Assembly (NCBI GenBank): GCA_009602725.1
Contig: WELB01000020.1
Location: 665,182 to 714,802, forward strand
Direction: 5' to 3'
DNA: 49,621 nucleotides
Source of the DNA: Spirogloea muscicola
Lineage: Eukaryota
Of the stretch, positions 26,885 through 39,074 are shown piece by piece; positions within the stretch are counted from its first letter, which is position 1, and each line of letters opens with the position of its first letter. The translations under genes were made by a program, and so were the position numbers. The notes under the pieces were generated by a model. That model did not search any database, had not been told where the DNA came from, and saw only the letters and a program-made list of their open reading frames with translations.

Positions 26885-27690
26885 TGCAAACTTCAGAAAC
26901 CTCACAATGATCTTTGAGGTGTGTATCAGGTCATGCTCGACAAGGAGTCGCGCTCAAAAGCCTGGATGACATTTTACAGGTGCGACCCTTTCAAGCTTCT
27001 GGGAAAGACAAGATCGAAGAGAAAGAGCTTCTTGTCAAGAAAACTCCATCAGGTACCACCAAGGTGCATGTTGCAATACCTGATATGTCTCCGGAAATGA
27101 ACTATGGTCCTGAGCAGTATCTACCACGTCCTACTGTGACTTGTCACATTTATCGAAAGGCAGGTCATACAAAAAGGATTGTACTGCATTACACCAGACA
27201 GCAGGAGTTACATGTTCCTTCAGCGGAAGGGCGGGTCAAAGTGACTGCACTGTTGGAAGAAGCATCAGGAGAATTTGCCTGCTCAATTTTGCAATAAGAA
27301 TAAGTAGACAGAGGTCTTCCAAAGATTGAAATTCACTATTAGTCACTCTTCCACAAAAAGTACATGTAGCTCCTGTGGTCTGGTGTAATGCAGCACAATT
27401 CCTTCCTTCCTTCCTCTATGACCTGCCTTACCACAAGTGTGACAAATTGCAGCAGGACGTGGTTGATACTGCTTACGACCATGGTTCATTTCCTGAGACA
27501 TATCAGGAAATGCACCATGTGCCTTGGTTGTATCTGATGGAGTCTTCCAGACAGGAAGCTCTTTCTCTTCCGTCTTGTCTTTTCCAGAAGCTGGCGCACC
27601 TGTGGATTTCACGCGCGAGAATTTCAGACACATTATCTAGCATGATCTGATACACATCTTCAAGGTCATAAGGATGTTATGAAGTTGTTG
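26885..27690. mobile_element. Two diverged Gag-like double zinc-knuckle remnants in inverted (tail-to-tail) orientation
   Basis: The + copy reads ASGKDKIEEKELLVKKTPS...TCHIYRKAGHT/KDC...TCSFSGRAG. The - copy reads ASGKDKTEEKELPVWKTPS...ICHTCGKAGH...C...TCTFCGR. CX2CX4HX4C-like motifs with frameshifts. Confidence 0.65.
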
Positions 27691-27987
27691 CTTTCGCATC
27701 ATTGATAAGTTCTGCACATGCTACATTGCTTTCCCAGCAAAACCTTGTAGGGAATGGGTTGCTAAACTTGTCGGCTGATTGTGTCTTGTCAGCTGATCGT
27801 GGTATGTGAGTTCTCTATCAAACTGACATATCTATAGTAACAGGCAGTTACAGATTCTAAGTGCATTGAACTTCAAAATGCTTACAATGTATGGCATTTT
27901 CTGGAAATCGTTGAGACAGACATTTTAACGTTTCCTCAACAGGATCCTCAATCAAGTATGGTCACGCTTCTTTCTCGGCTGGTGTAG

Positions 27988-28273
27988 CACTTATTGCTTA
28001 TCCTACTCCAAGTAATTTAAGCTACTGGTGGAATTTTGGTTCTTTTGCAGTCATTTGCTTGATCATCCAAATAGCTACCGGTGTATTCTTGGCTATGCAC
28101 TATACACCTCATCTTGATCTTGCTTTCTTATGAGAAAGCATGTAATGATAGACGTAACAGGAGGTTGGTTGCTTCGTCACATGCCTGCGAATGGAGCCAG
28201 CATGTTTTCTATTGTTGTTTACCTTCACATTTTTCACGGTCTTTATCATGGAAGTTATGCTAGTCCAAGAGAA
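27988..28273 (+). pseudogene. cob: NUMT: decayed 5' fragment of mitochondrial apocytochrome b
   Basis: Reads [47 protein letters not shown], then after a frameshift [47 protein letters not shown]-rich, intronless, Trp encoded by TGG. Confidence 0.93.
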
Positions 28274-28859
28274 CACCGGGGAGAGTGGTGTTAAGTCTCA
28301 TAACTTCTTCCGTGTATTGTATCAACATATTGCCGGCATCACCAGTGAAATATTTGGCCAAGAGGATCGAATTCTGTTCTCGTCCGACCAGGCAACACTG
28401 TGGGCTAATCTCACAGAGTTCGGAGAGAGAGTGATCCTTGACCTCGGCCAAAGGTGACCCACCGTAAGTCCCTTAGGTATTTGGAACGGTCCTATGCTAA
28501 GGGGCCTAAGGTCACAGTGTGGCGTTAGTACCCACGGGAAAGCACATACAATGCTAACAGGCAATAAGACAGAGCTCCTTAATAGAAAGAAATTGGCTCT
28601 CCCAAAGGGGGCACGTAAAGCGGCTCTCCCAAAGGGGGCAAGGGCTGTGTACAGCCAGCCCGAAAAAGATTGAGAATGGCAAGGAGACGGGTCGACGAAG
28701 TGCAGAACAAGCAAGCGAACGAGTACCCCGGTGTAGGTACAGAGTGGGGGTAATTTCGCCTGAAGCCATGATGTTTCTCCGGATGCGCAAGTCTCTGGTC
28801 GTGTGAGTCACTGCAGTCTAAAAAGATACAGGTTCAGATTTGGACCTCTAACTTCGCCC

Positions 28860-29685
28860 ACAGGGGCGAGAGGCCGGTCCCACGATCTCCTGAGGGACGG
28901 CATGCATAGCGTGTTCTTGGAGGCGGGCTACACAGTGGCCGTGGAGAACACGTCCGTCATGCCCATCCAGCTGGCCGCAGACGGTAAGCTCCATGCCCGA
29001 CGCGCTGACCTGGTCACCATCCCGCCTGGAGGAGGTCCTCGCATCATTGCGGATGTCGTGACCTCCGAATCCGTCGACTCTGCCAACCCCACAAAATCGC
29101 TGCGGCAGCAGGGCATGCGGTCGGCCTGGCGGCCCATGGCGCAAATTATGTCAATTACCCTGCTGGCGATGAGTCCGCGGCACTTCGGATCGACTTGCAC
29201 GGGGCTTTCGGCAGTCGCTGGCTGGACGTCCTGCAGCGACTCGCCCGGCAGGCCATCGATCGTCGGCAGGGTCTGCAAGGGGAGAAAGTGCTCGCCCATT
29301 GAGGATAGGTCTGGAAAAGCCAGCCCATAAAAGCATGAACAGAGTATGGGGGAGCTGCCCGGCTTCAATGCTGCAGGGTCGCTTGCCCAGGTTTTCCATA
29401 TGCGGCTGTCAGTCTCTTTCCAGCGCTCCCTTGCTCACGCAGTCCAAATGTGAGCAGGCCGCGCTGTGACTGCTGCATCTGGGTCTAGGCGAGGGGTTCG
29501 TTCCCAGCTGCGAATACTCCGACTTGCTGCTGCTCACTCGTGATTACTAAGCTTCCATCTGTGATAGTCTCGTGTCTAGCTGTGTGGTTTTAGGCGCCTT
29601 CCGGCTCTTTGGACCTTATCCATTCTTTTTGGGCTGGCCTTTCCCAGCCCCTACCTTCTATGGGAGGACGCTTTCTTCTTCTTTT
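28860..29685 (+). mobile_element. Degenerate 5'-truncated CRE-like LINE (RLE region + 3' UTR) carrying a nested 64-bp inverted 3'-end insertion
   Basis: RGRSHDLLRDGMHSVFLEAGYTVAVENTSVMP..RRADLV..IIADVVTSE, followed by frameshifts and GELPGFNAAGSLAQVFHMRLSVSFQRSLAHAV..LLLLTRDY*. Confidence 0.8.
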
Positions 29686-29879
29686 CCCAATGACATTGCA
29701 AGATATTTACAACCTCCAATGTTGGCCTCTTATCAGACTGCCTTCCTTGTCAGCCTGGCCAAGGCGACCAACTTCTTATTCGCTTTCTGTATCTTGTGGT
29801 CTGCATACGTCAGCATTTGCCTCTATATCTACTTATCGACTTATCGATGATCTGGCATCGGATACATCTCGCATCTGCA

Positions 29880-31165
29880 GGCCAGCGTACCCTCGGCCAT
29901 GGCGGCCTCGGCTGCCGCCTGCTCGCTAGCGTCTGCAGGCCAGCGTACCTTGGCAGCTGGGCTTCGGTCGCCACGTCGGTGGCTCAGCGCTTCCTCCAGG
30001 ATGGGCAGCCCATGCTGCAGCCTGCGGCGGATGTGGCGACCTGCTCGTCGCCTTCTCTGGTGGCGCTCCTCCCTCCGACAGACGTGCGCGGCCATGCTCG
30101 GCTGCGGTCGGCATCCTCCCCTGGCGCGGCAGCCTGGCTCTCCGCGCTCCCCCTCTACGATGCACTCAGGATGCCGGATGAACACTTCCGCACGGCAATC
30201 CATGGCCTGCTGGGGGTCTCCCCGCCCTGTCTGCTAGGCGTGCTGCAGTGCGAGTGCGGGGAACGGTCGACGGCCCCGGCGGAGCTGGCGGCACATGTCC
30301 TCCGCTGCGCTACTGGAGGTGAACACACCGCTGCTCACGACCTCCTCAGAGATGCCATGTTCGGCAATTTCCAGGAGGCGGAATACACTGTCGCTCTGGA
30401 GAACACTTCAATCATGCCCATCTGGCAGATGCCTGATGGACTGCACACTCGCCGTGTCGATTCGGAGGCTTCCACGCCAGGCGGCAGCCCGCGCGTCATG
30501 GCCGATGTGGTCACCAGCGATGTGGTGGATCGCGCCAACCCGGGGCTTCTGCCTCGAGGGCTGGCCATGCAGCGGCCAACGCCGCTCGCTGCAAGGCGGC
30601 CAAATTCGACCAGACCACCCGGCTGGGGACGAGTTCGTACCCCTGGCCGTGGATGTGCACGGGGCTCTCGGGTCCCAGTGGCTCGACCTGCTAGCCACAC
30701 TTGCGCGGCGCGCTGTGTCCCGCAGGCGAGGTGAGCCGGCTGACTTCAACGCTGCTGGCTCGTGGGCCCAGGTCTGTTGCATGGGTCTGTCAATCTCCCT
30801 CCAGCGGTCCATGGCCCACGCCTTGCATCTGCGTGCTGGCAGTGCTCTCGTTGCAGCCTCTGGCTGTCGTCAGGGGGATTGTTCTCCGGTAGCTAGTCTG
30901 TCGGGTTTGAGGCTTCTTTCCCGTAGCTACTCAGTGGGCCATCCTACACCCGTTCTGACAGCGCTGTAGGTCCGCCGTTTGGCCGCTTCGAAACTTTTGT
31001 CAATTCATTTCGGGCTGGCTTTCGACAGCCCTTGCCCCCATTGGGAGAGCCACTTGTCTCGCATAACACCGCCCTTTAAACCTTCTTCATCCTATCTGGG
31101 CTGGCCATTCTCTATTCACCTGGTTGACTTTCACAGCCGCTCTAATGATATCAGCAGCCGCGGTC
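29880..31165 (+). mobile_element. Longest-reaching CRE-like copy (starts at post-RT GGLG motif; internally deleted and frameshifted) plus 3'-end motifs
   Basis: GHGGLGCRLLASVCRPAYLGSWASVA..DVRGHARLRSASSPGAAAWLSALP..CECG..HVLRC..HDLLRD..RRVD..VMADVVTSD..FVPLAVDVHGALG..LLSRSY. Hairpin motifs at 31012-31031 and ~31098-31160. Confidence 0.85.
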
Positions 31166-31319
31166 TTCTGCTGACACAGAGCCAGGCCTGATTGAGTCAT
31201 TACCGAGGCATCGAGGACCGGCTGGAAGGTCATCAAGCTTAACCGCGGCCAGTAATTGAGGCTGCGTTGGTTGCGGACCCCCTGACCAGCTCCTCCCTTG
31301 CGCCGCCGCCGCGACGGCC

Positions 31320-34206
31320 ATGGCGGCCCCGCCGCCGCCGCCGCCGCCGCTTGCCGCTGCAGCCCGCGACCCGCGACCACATGGTCGCGGGTCGTCGCCG
31401 CCGCCGCCGCTTCTGCTGCTTGTGATTCTCCTGCTGCTGCAGCCGCCGCCGGGCCTCGCGCTGGAGGACGACGAGCGGCCGTCACACCGGTCGCGGCTCG
31501 AGACGGACTTCGCGCCGGCGGACCGGCCGGCGCCCGCGCGCGGCCTCGTCGTCGAGAAGCTCTCCTACCGCTCCGTCCTCAAGGTGCGCCGTCGGCAAGC
31601 CTCTCCTCCTCCTCCTCCGGCGGCGGCGACGGAGGCGGCGGCGGCCCGGCTGACGGCCGGCGCCGGTGTGGCCAGGAGCACGGCCGGTACTGGGCCAACA
31701 CCACGCACCGGCACTTCGACGGGCTTGTGCTTGCGTACGTTACGCCATGGTCAGTAGCCCCCGCGCCCTCCTCGCCGTCGTCTCGCTAGCCGCCGCAACG
31801 CCGGCTCAATGGTCGCCCGAGCGGCGGCCAGCCGCCGGTGACTGGCTGTAATGCATCATCACCTTCAGTGTGAGCCTCAATGAGTGCATGAGGGGCTACG
31901 TTCCGTTGCATTGACAGGAACGCCAAAGGCTACGACGTCGCCAAAACGTTCCGAGCCAAGTTCACGCACGTCTCGCCTGTATGGTACCAACTCAAGCGGT
32001 CCGGCCCTTCCCCATCTAGCTGCTGCCATGTACAGCGGAATCACGGCCCTGGGTCGCTCAGCACTGGCTTCTAGCAGCATTGTAGAATTTTTTTTCGAGG
32101 AGCCAATGGATCTGAAAGTTGCTGCTGGTACATGCAGAGAGACTACTGGATTACGCCTTTACGGCGGTGGTGATGTCGATCTGAAATGGATGGAGTCTGT
32201 CCGCCAAAAGGGCCACCCAATTGTAAGCACTTGCTGCCCTGCATCGGAACTGCTAAGGCTGGTGATAAGGCTGGTGGCCTGTGTTACTGCTAGTCGCCCT
32301 TAAAGCAACAGCATAACGAGCCTACTCAAGATAGGCAGGTGCTTGGCAGCTCTGCAGCTTGCTCGACCTCTTCAGCTACTATGCTGCAAAGCGAGCCCTG
32401 TTTCCAGGTTGACGAACTAACAGAGTTCCTGAGTGCTTCGATCTGGGTGCTGATAAAGAGGTTCCAGGTCTCTCTCTCCAGGCACTTAGAGGAGTAATTT
32501 AGTCACATTGTCGGGGGCACTAGCTCCCTGCCATTCGTTTGACGCTGTCTTATATTGGCAGATATTACCTAGGGTGGTACTGGAAGGGACCGGCTTGGAT
32601 TCGTTCCTGAAGAGCAGCGACGATACAAATCAGGCGATCAGCCTTTTGGTGGATGAATGCAAGTAAGCCTGTCTGCAGTCTCTCGAACCTGTAGCATGTG
32701 GAATGTGGGATTTCCTAAGATAAATCTGCACACAGGTACCAGCAGTGCCTGCTTGAATGTTATGGATTTTGGTCATATACTAGATAAAATCTTTCAAGCA
32801 CGTTTGAAAAGTGGAAAAAGATGTCAGCACTTGTGGAGATGATCTTTATTTTCAAGTGAAGCCCTTGGAGTTCGGCTCCACTTATGATCAGCTGACTGGT
32901 AATTTCACACCCCGTGTTGAAGTACTAACTCTACTCATGCATGAGTATTGCTTCTGTGTTCCAGAGAAAAGGGGTACGATGGCCTCACCCTCGAAGCGTG
33001 GTCATCATGGGCAGCTAACTCCATACTTGACAAGCCTGATTTGCGCCAGAAGGTGTTCTTTCAGCAAGCACTTGTGCAGTAATCAAGCAGCTCAGGCTTT
33101 ACAAACTGCTGTATAGATGATACAAAGAAGTTGACACAACAGGGATGTGTCTGTTGATTGACAATAGTTTGTAAAAACGTCGTTTGAAATATCCTGCTTT
33201 TATAAAACCACTGTTTCCTATGCAGGCCCTGCACTTTGTCAGAAGCCTGGGGTTGGCCTTGCACGAAACACCCAGTCCAGCAAAGGGTGCCGATCGCAAT
33301 ATGCAGCTCATCTTTGTCATTCCCCCCGTTGGCGAAGGCAGCCACCCCTCTGTCTTCACAAGCGCGGACGTGCGCTCATTAGCACCAGACGTGGATGCAT
33401 TTTCATTGATGACGTATGACTACTCGAATACGTACAAGCCCGGGCCAAATGCGCCCATGCCATGGGTGCGCAGCATTTTGCAGGCCATTTTCCCCGATCG
33501 GAAGCCGCACCCTGCAATGGAGAAGGAGCTGCAGCGGCTGAAGGAGGCCGAGGATGAGGCACTGCGGATGCAAGGCCGCGAACTCAAGAGCCTCCCTGAG
33601 GACCCACTGGCTTCCGAAGATTTGACTGCAAGTGATGAGCTTGGGAGAAAGGTCCTCATGGGCTTGAACTTCTTTGGCAATGACTTTGTTTTGCCCCAAG
33701 GTTAGCTCTGCGCCATGAAGCCAAAGCCCTTTGACTGCGGGATGCTTCTTGGGCTTTGATGACGAGTTTCTTCTTGAAGGCAGGCGTTGACAAGCCGGCA
33801 GAGCTCAAAGACATTGCTAGTCTCATGCAACGGTCAGAGAGAGGAAGAGTAAGAGACTGACGAGCAACAAAGACACAGTTCTGTTCTTAACCAGGCAGTC
33901 AGATGTCAGATGTCAAGCAAATTTGCCAGCACCTCACCACAATAGGAGTGGGGTTTATCAGGTGGAGGGCCGGTTTTGGCCGAAAAGTACCTGCAGACGC
34001 TGGACCGGCAGCGGCCAAAGATTGTATGGGAGGTTGAGGCGCAGGAGCATGTTTCCTCATACAAGAAGGCTGGCGAGACGCATGCCATCTTCTTCCCCAC
34101 GCTCCTCTCAATCTCAAGGCGGATCGACGAGGCACGCGCTTGGGGTGTGGGCCTCTCAATCTGGGAGATTGGCCAAGGATTGGACTACTTCTACGACCTT
34201 CTCTGA
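31320..34206 (+). CDS. CHID1: Chitinase domain-containing protein 1 (GH18-like, SI-CLP homolog)
   Basis: Hydrophobic signal [117 protein letters not shown]. Confidence 0.93.
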
Positions 34207-34929
34207 TGTGCCAGTGGTGGAAATCTTGCTCTTGCTTATGCACCTATTGCTGGTGCCCCTTATTGAAATCATTGAGCTCGACAGCCTTCCTCTTTTGATG
34301 CCATAGTTCCTGCCTTCCATTCCCTCATGACACGAAATTATACAGCGAGCTTGCAAGACTGACGACGTCGCTTTCTGCCTTCGCAAGTTTTGAGAGAATG
34401 TCGCTCGCATGGGCATTGTAGACTACGGGCAAGGTGCCACAGTGAAGGTGAAGGAAGTCACATCTTGCTGGTCAGGTAGTGCAGCTGCCATGCGCAGCAG
34501 ACTCACAGCGTGCATGCCAAGCTTGGTGCAAATCGCAGAATTGGCGTCCCCGTTGTCATGATTAAATGAGAAAAGAGACATACATTAGGTCCTTGACCCA
34601 AGCCATGGGGCTGCCGGCTGCAAGTTTATACTGTCCTGGTGACCATGAGGGCTGCCGAGAGAGCCAATTTCGAGATTTAGAGGCATCTTCAATCAAATCG
34701 ATTGATTCTATATAGGCAATCTGTAGTCGCCATCTTGGCCAGCTTAGACTCGACCTGCGCGCAGAAGCTTGCTGGTAACGCTTTTGATGTGGGCGGCAGT
34801 CTCAAAGGGGCGAGCACTGGGCTCCTGGGTCCCGAGCTGCCAACCACGAAGCGCCACATCTGTCTGCCACATTCCACGTTGGCTATCCTGCTGCACAAGT
34901 TTCTGCTAGTTGCCGCTTTCTGACCCCTT

Positions 34930-34990
34930 CGTCTCTGGGCTGGTCTTTCCACAGCCCTCGCCCCCATTGGAAGAGTGCCACTTTCTTCGT
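34930..34990 (+). repeat. Solo 3'-end stem-loop motif of the CRE-like family
   Basis: ctgggctggtctttccacagccctcgcccccattggaagagtgccactttcttc resembles the termini at 31012-31055 and 1173-1217. Confidence 0.7.
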
Positions 34991-35380
34991 CCATTCTCAC
35001 GCCCTTGAAGTCCCGTCACAACTGCAGGGAAGCGGCAGTGTGCCTGGCCTCTGACGGGCGTGGGCGAAGCGAGCCCGTCGAGCGGCCGTGACGTTGGGCT
35101 GGAATCCGGTCAACGTGAGGGATTGTGTGGGGCCCTCGGGGTCTTCCTGCGATCTAGATAAGTGGAATTAATAGAGTTCCGGTTGCCTATCTTTTCCTGA
35201 AACTTCCTTCTCCAGAGGTCGCGGAGCGGCCGAGGCGGCGGACGCGGTTAGGCCAAGCTAATTGCCGCCAATTGCGGCGAACGAGCCGCGGCGCCATCGA
35301 CGGCGCGCGGGAGCATGGGCGGCCCGCGCCCCGGCGGCGGCGGCGACGACGGTCGTGACGCCCGGGCGGGCCTTCACGCC

Positions 35381-37566
35381 ATGGCGGCTCCGGCGGAGGC
35401 CTCCAGCTGGTCGCTCGCGTTGTCCCCGTACTCCTCGTCGCCGCCGCCCATGCTCCGCGCCGACGACGGCAATGAAGACGCCGACTGGGAGACCCTGGAC
35501 CGCCAGGACTTTGTCGAGAAGGCGGCGCGGGAGCATGAGGGTGAGGAAGGCGGCGTCTCGCATGCTGCCGCGGCCAACAGCCTCACCATCGTGCTCGTGG
35601 GAAGGAGCGGCAACGGCAAGAGCGCCACGGGGAATTCCATCCTGAAAAAGAAGGTTTTCAAGTCCGCGCGGAGCCATCTCGCCGTCACCTCGACGTGCGA
35701 GCTCGCGCACGTCGACAGGTCGGACGGCCGCCACATCAACGTCGTGGATACCCCAGGTATCTCTCGCCCTCCATACATCACCATCAATTTGACCAACGCG
35801 CCTCTAACGCAACGATGCCTTAATCCTTCAGCGTATCTGCATAAATTTTGGCTCATAGTGATCAAGAGCATGCTGAGGCATGTGAACTAGCTATCATGGA
35901 CAACGAGATTGCCTCGAAGTTTGCACTGATAGGACGACTTGATTTCCTATTGGTTGTGTTAACTTACTGACATGGTCCATCACGTCTTCTGAGGTATTTT
36001 GTCCAGGCCTTTTCGACCCAGCCACGTCCCCAGAGTACCTCAGCAAGGAAATTAGCCGGTGTATTGCGCTGGCCAGGGACGGAGTGCATGCTCTGCTGCT
36101 TGTGCTATCTACAAGAAACAGGTTCACAGCTGAGGAGATGGCGGCAGTGGACAGCCTGCAGGTCATATTTGGTGACAAGGTTGTCGATTATATGATCATT
36201 GTTTTCACTGGAGGAGATGAGTTGGAAGAAGAAGGACAGTCGCTGGATGACTATTTGCCAGATGTCCATTCCTCTGGTCCTGAGTCCCTACAGGTAACAC
36301 CAAAGGGTCGCAGTCCTTCCTGTTGTGGTTGCTATTAATGGTGGGGCTGCACCACTTCAGCACGTGCCTTTTTGCCTGACCTGCTGTGGTGTCTGAAAGT
36401 CAAGTCACGTTGGCCAGCTTCATGAGAAATCTGGCCTGATGCCTAAGTACCTGGCTCTGCTGCTTCTGAAATTTGTTGTTCCGTACTTCGGACACTCACC
36501 TCAATTACTATGTCTGCATGAGCAGGCCTTGCTTCGCCGCTGTGGAGATAGGAAGGCTGTGTTTGACAACAAGACCAAGGATCCTGCAAAGCAGGAGCGG
36601 CAGACTCAGGAGCTATTGAACATGGTTGACAGTCTGGTGCAAAGCAATGGAGGCCAGCCATATACAAATGTGCTCTTCCAAGAAGCAAAGGTAGCTCATA
36701 TAAGTGCTTCTCGAATCTGCTGATTGTGTCAGCCAAGCAAGGGTTCAAATTCAAGCTTGCAGCAGGTTGAAGATTCCTATTAGAAGGGCTGTGCAAGTGT
36801 CATAGATCGTGGAAGCTCAGCCGAAACATTGACTCTTATCAGGAGGCGGCTGAAGCGGCTAAGGAGGCGAAGGAGGTTGAGCTCAATGAAAGGATCGCGG
36901 AGTTTCACTACGACGATGACAAGGCCAAGGAGATGTTCAAAGCCTGGAGGGAGGAGATGCAGGCCTCACATGCAGAGCAGCTGAGGCTTGTAACTAGCAT
37001 GGTGAGCACCTTACGGAGTTGCTTGCTTTGTCTGGCACCCCCCTATGATTTGCCGAGGCAAACACTGACTTCAATGACAGGCAGCTGATATAGCTGTAGT
37101 TTTTTCCCAATGCTTGTTCATGCAAAATCCAAATTGCTATGAATTTATGTAGTGTCACAGTCCACTTTCTTCCACCTTTGCTCCACAGACTGAACTTGGT
37201 CATTTTCTTCATATGCTTCAGGTTGAAGAGGGCTTGCGGAAGCAGGCTGAGGAGCAGCAGCGAGCGCTCAAAGAACAACAGGTTGTTTTGGAGGAGCGGC
37301 TGGCAAGGGAAACGGTGGCACGGGAGGAGGCCGAGAACGCAGCCAAGGAAGAGAAGCGGCAGGCTAATGACGAGTTGCAGCGAATGAAGGCCGAATTAGA
37401 CGAGCTCAAAGTACGAGAAGCCACGCTCTCTGCCTCCAAGGAAGAAAAGCAGCAGGCGCACAATGACCTGCAACGGATGAAGGCCGAGCTAGACCAGCTA
37501 AAACAGCGAGAGCAGATTCGCCAGAAAATGGACAAGGAACTCAATCGCGGTTGCGTCATTCTGTGA
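35381..37566 (+). CDS. AIG1/IAN (GIMAP-type) GTPase with C-terminal coiled coil and CaaX motif (CVIL), 5 exons
   Basis: TIVLVGRSGNGKSATGNSIL (G1), VTSTCE, INVVDTPG-LFD (G3), GVHALLLVLSTRNRFTAEE, MIIVFTGGDELE, LLRRCGDRKAVFDNKT, NGGQPYTN, a Glu/Lys-rich tail and RGCVIL*. Confidence 0.93.
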
Positions 37567-39074
37567 TTGCTATATGATGCTTCTTACTTATTTTCCAGTG
37601 CAAGACTTCTCAGCACCTCACTGCAGGTGACAGCAGTCAGATCAGTGTACAGTGGGGACAAAGGATGGCAGCTGGGTGCACACTTCGGATCTGCTTACGC
37701 AGTCTGGTGCTTCTGACAGAAGGGGCTCGAAGGGTCCGAAGCCTGTCGCTCACACTCTACGGTAGCCTGTGTGCACGGTTGCCTTGACACTCTGCTGCAG
37801 GAGGTCCCTTGACGAAAGAGGCCAGCCAGCCGGGCCCTTCGGCAAAGGCTTTCTCCTTTCTGAGATCCTCCCCACTTACAGGGGCATCCAGCAGTCTTGT
37901 GGCTCTCTTCCTGCATGACATTCCTGCGCTTCTAAGAGGAGTAGATATCGGTCTCCAGGAGGGGAGTCGCTGATACAGGCCAGCCCAATTGGGGAGCCGC
38001 CTAAGCGGAGAAAGATGAAGGTGAGCCCAACTACACAGATGTGGCTGTGATTGACAGATTACAGAATGTTGTGGCCCAATAGACTGAAACAGCGGCTCCT
38101 CTGTGGTGGGTATTGCTTGCAAGCGGTCAGCATGGAAAGAATGGACACAAATATGGGCAAGACAGACCCCATCCTACCAGTTGAAGCTGGCGCAGCTACA
38201 GTAAGAAACTGAGAGCCAGCAGCCTGTAAATCAGATAAACTGTTGCAGGAAGGCGAACCCCCTCGGCAAAAGCCGGAGAAATCAACCCAGACGCAGTCTG
38301 CCTGGAGGTGCAAGGCAAGGTTTGACGGCGTTGGCAAGACATTGACAAGCGCATATTTGTGTGCCAGCGCTGGCAATGCAGTGCCTGTCATGGAGCGGTG
38401 TGTAAAGACACGGTGGCAGCTAGATTGCAAGCATACTTCCAGCTGCTCGCATGCACAGTGCAGTCCATGGTTTGACAAGGGCAAGTAGCTGACGGGTACC
38501 TACAGTCGGAGACGTCAGTGCCTACAGCGTGAAAGCGACTGTGAAAGACAGAAAAGCTCCCTACCCTCCACTTGCAAGCTCGCCAAAGCGGCCGCTTGGC
38601 GGCTTCACAGGCGCCTAGACGACCGCCAGGCAAACGCCCCGGGCCTTGACCGCCTGTACCTCGTGGTCAAGTTCAGAGCAACAAGAGCTCTTGCAGATGA
38701 TGGCGGTAACTGTGAATACTTAATGCAAACATAGAAAAGGCCTAAGGAACATCCAACTCAAAAGCGCAAAACACTCAGCAATATAAGCAGCTAATCACAT
38801 TTGCAGCTCGGATGGCCACTCAGTAAGCTCAGGCAACAGCCGCATACGGTAATGAGTAGCAGCAGCAGAACAAGAGTCGCCCCGCTAATCTCCTGAAGCG
38901 GCAGCCAGGGCACAGCTATACGGAGATGCAAGGGGTACGCCAGAGGACTGGTACAAGTAAGTTGTGCGATACGCGAGGCCATAACCGGCACGGCGTTGAT
39001 GGCATGGCTGCTCGCCCCTGCTGCACCTGCCGTCGAGCGACCGCTCGTCGCTCAAGCAGCTGGAGGAGGTCAAG

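Noticed and set aside
28440..28580. rRNA fragment after the cob NUMT
   Set aside because: No universally conserved rRNA motif could be matched with confidence.
37640..38640. Possible - strand coding remnant downstream of the AIG1 gene
   Set aside because: Interrupted frames with no recognisable motif or consistent splice pattern.
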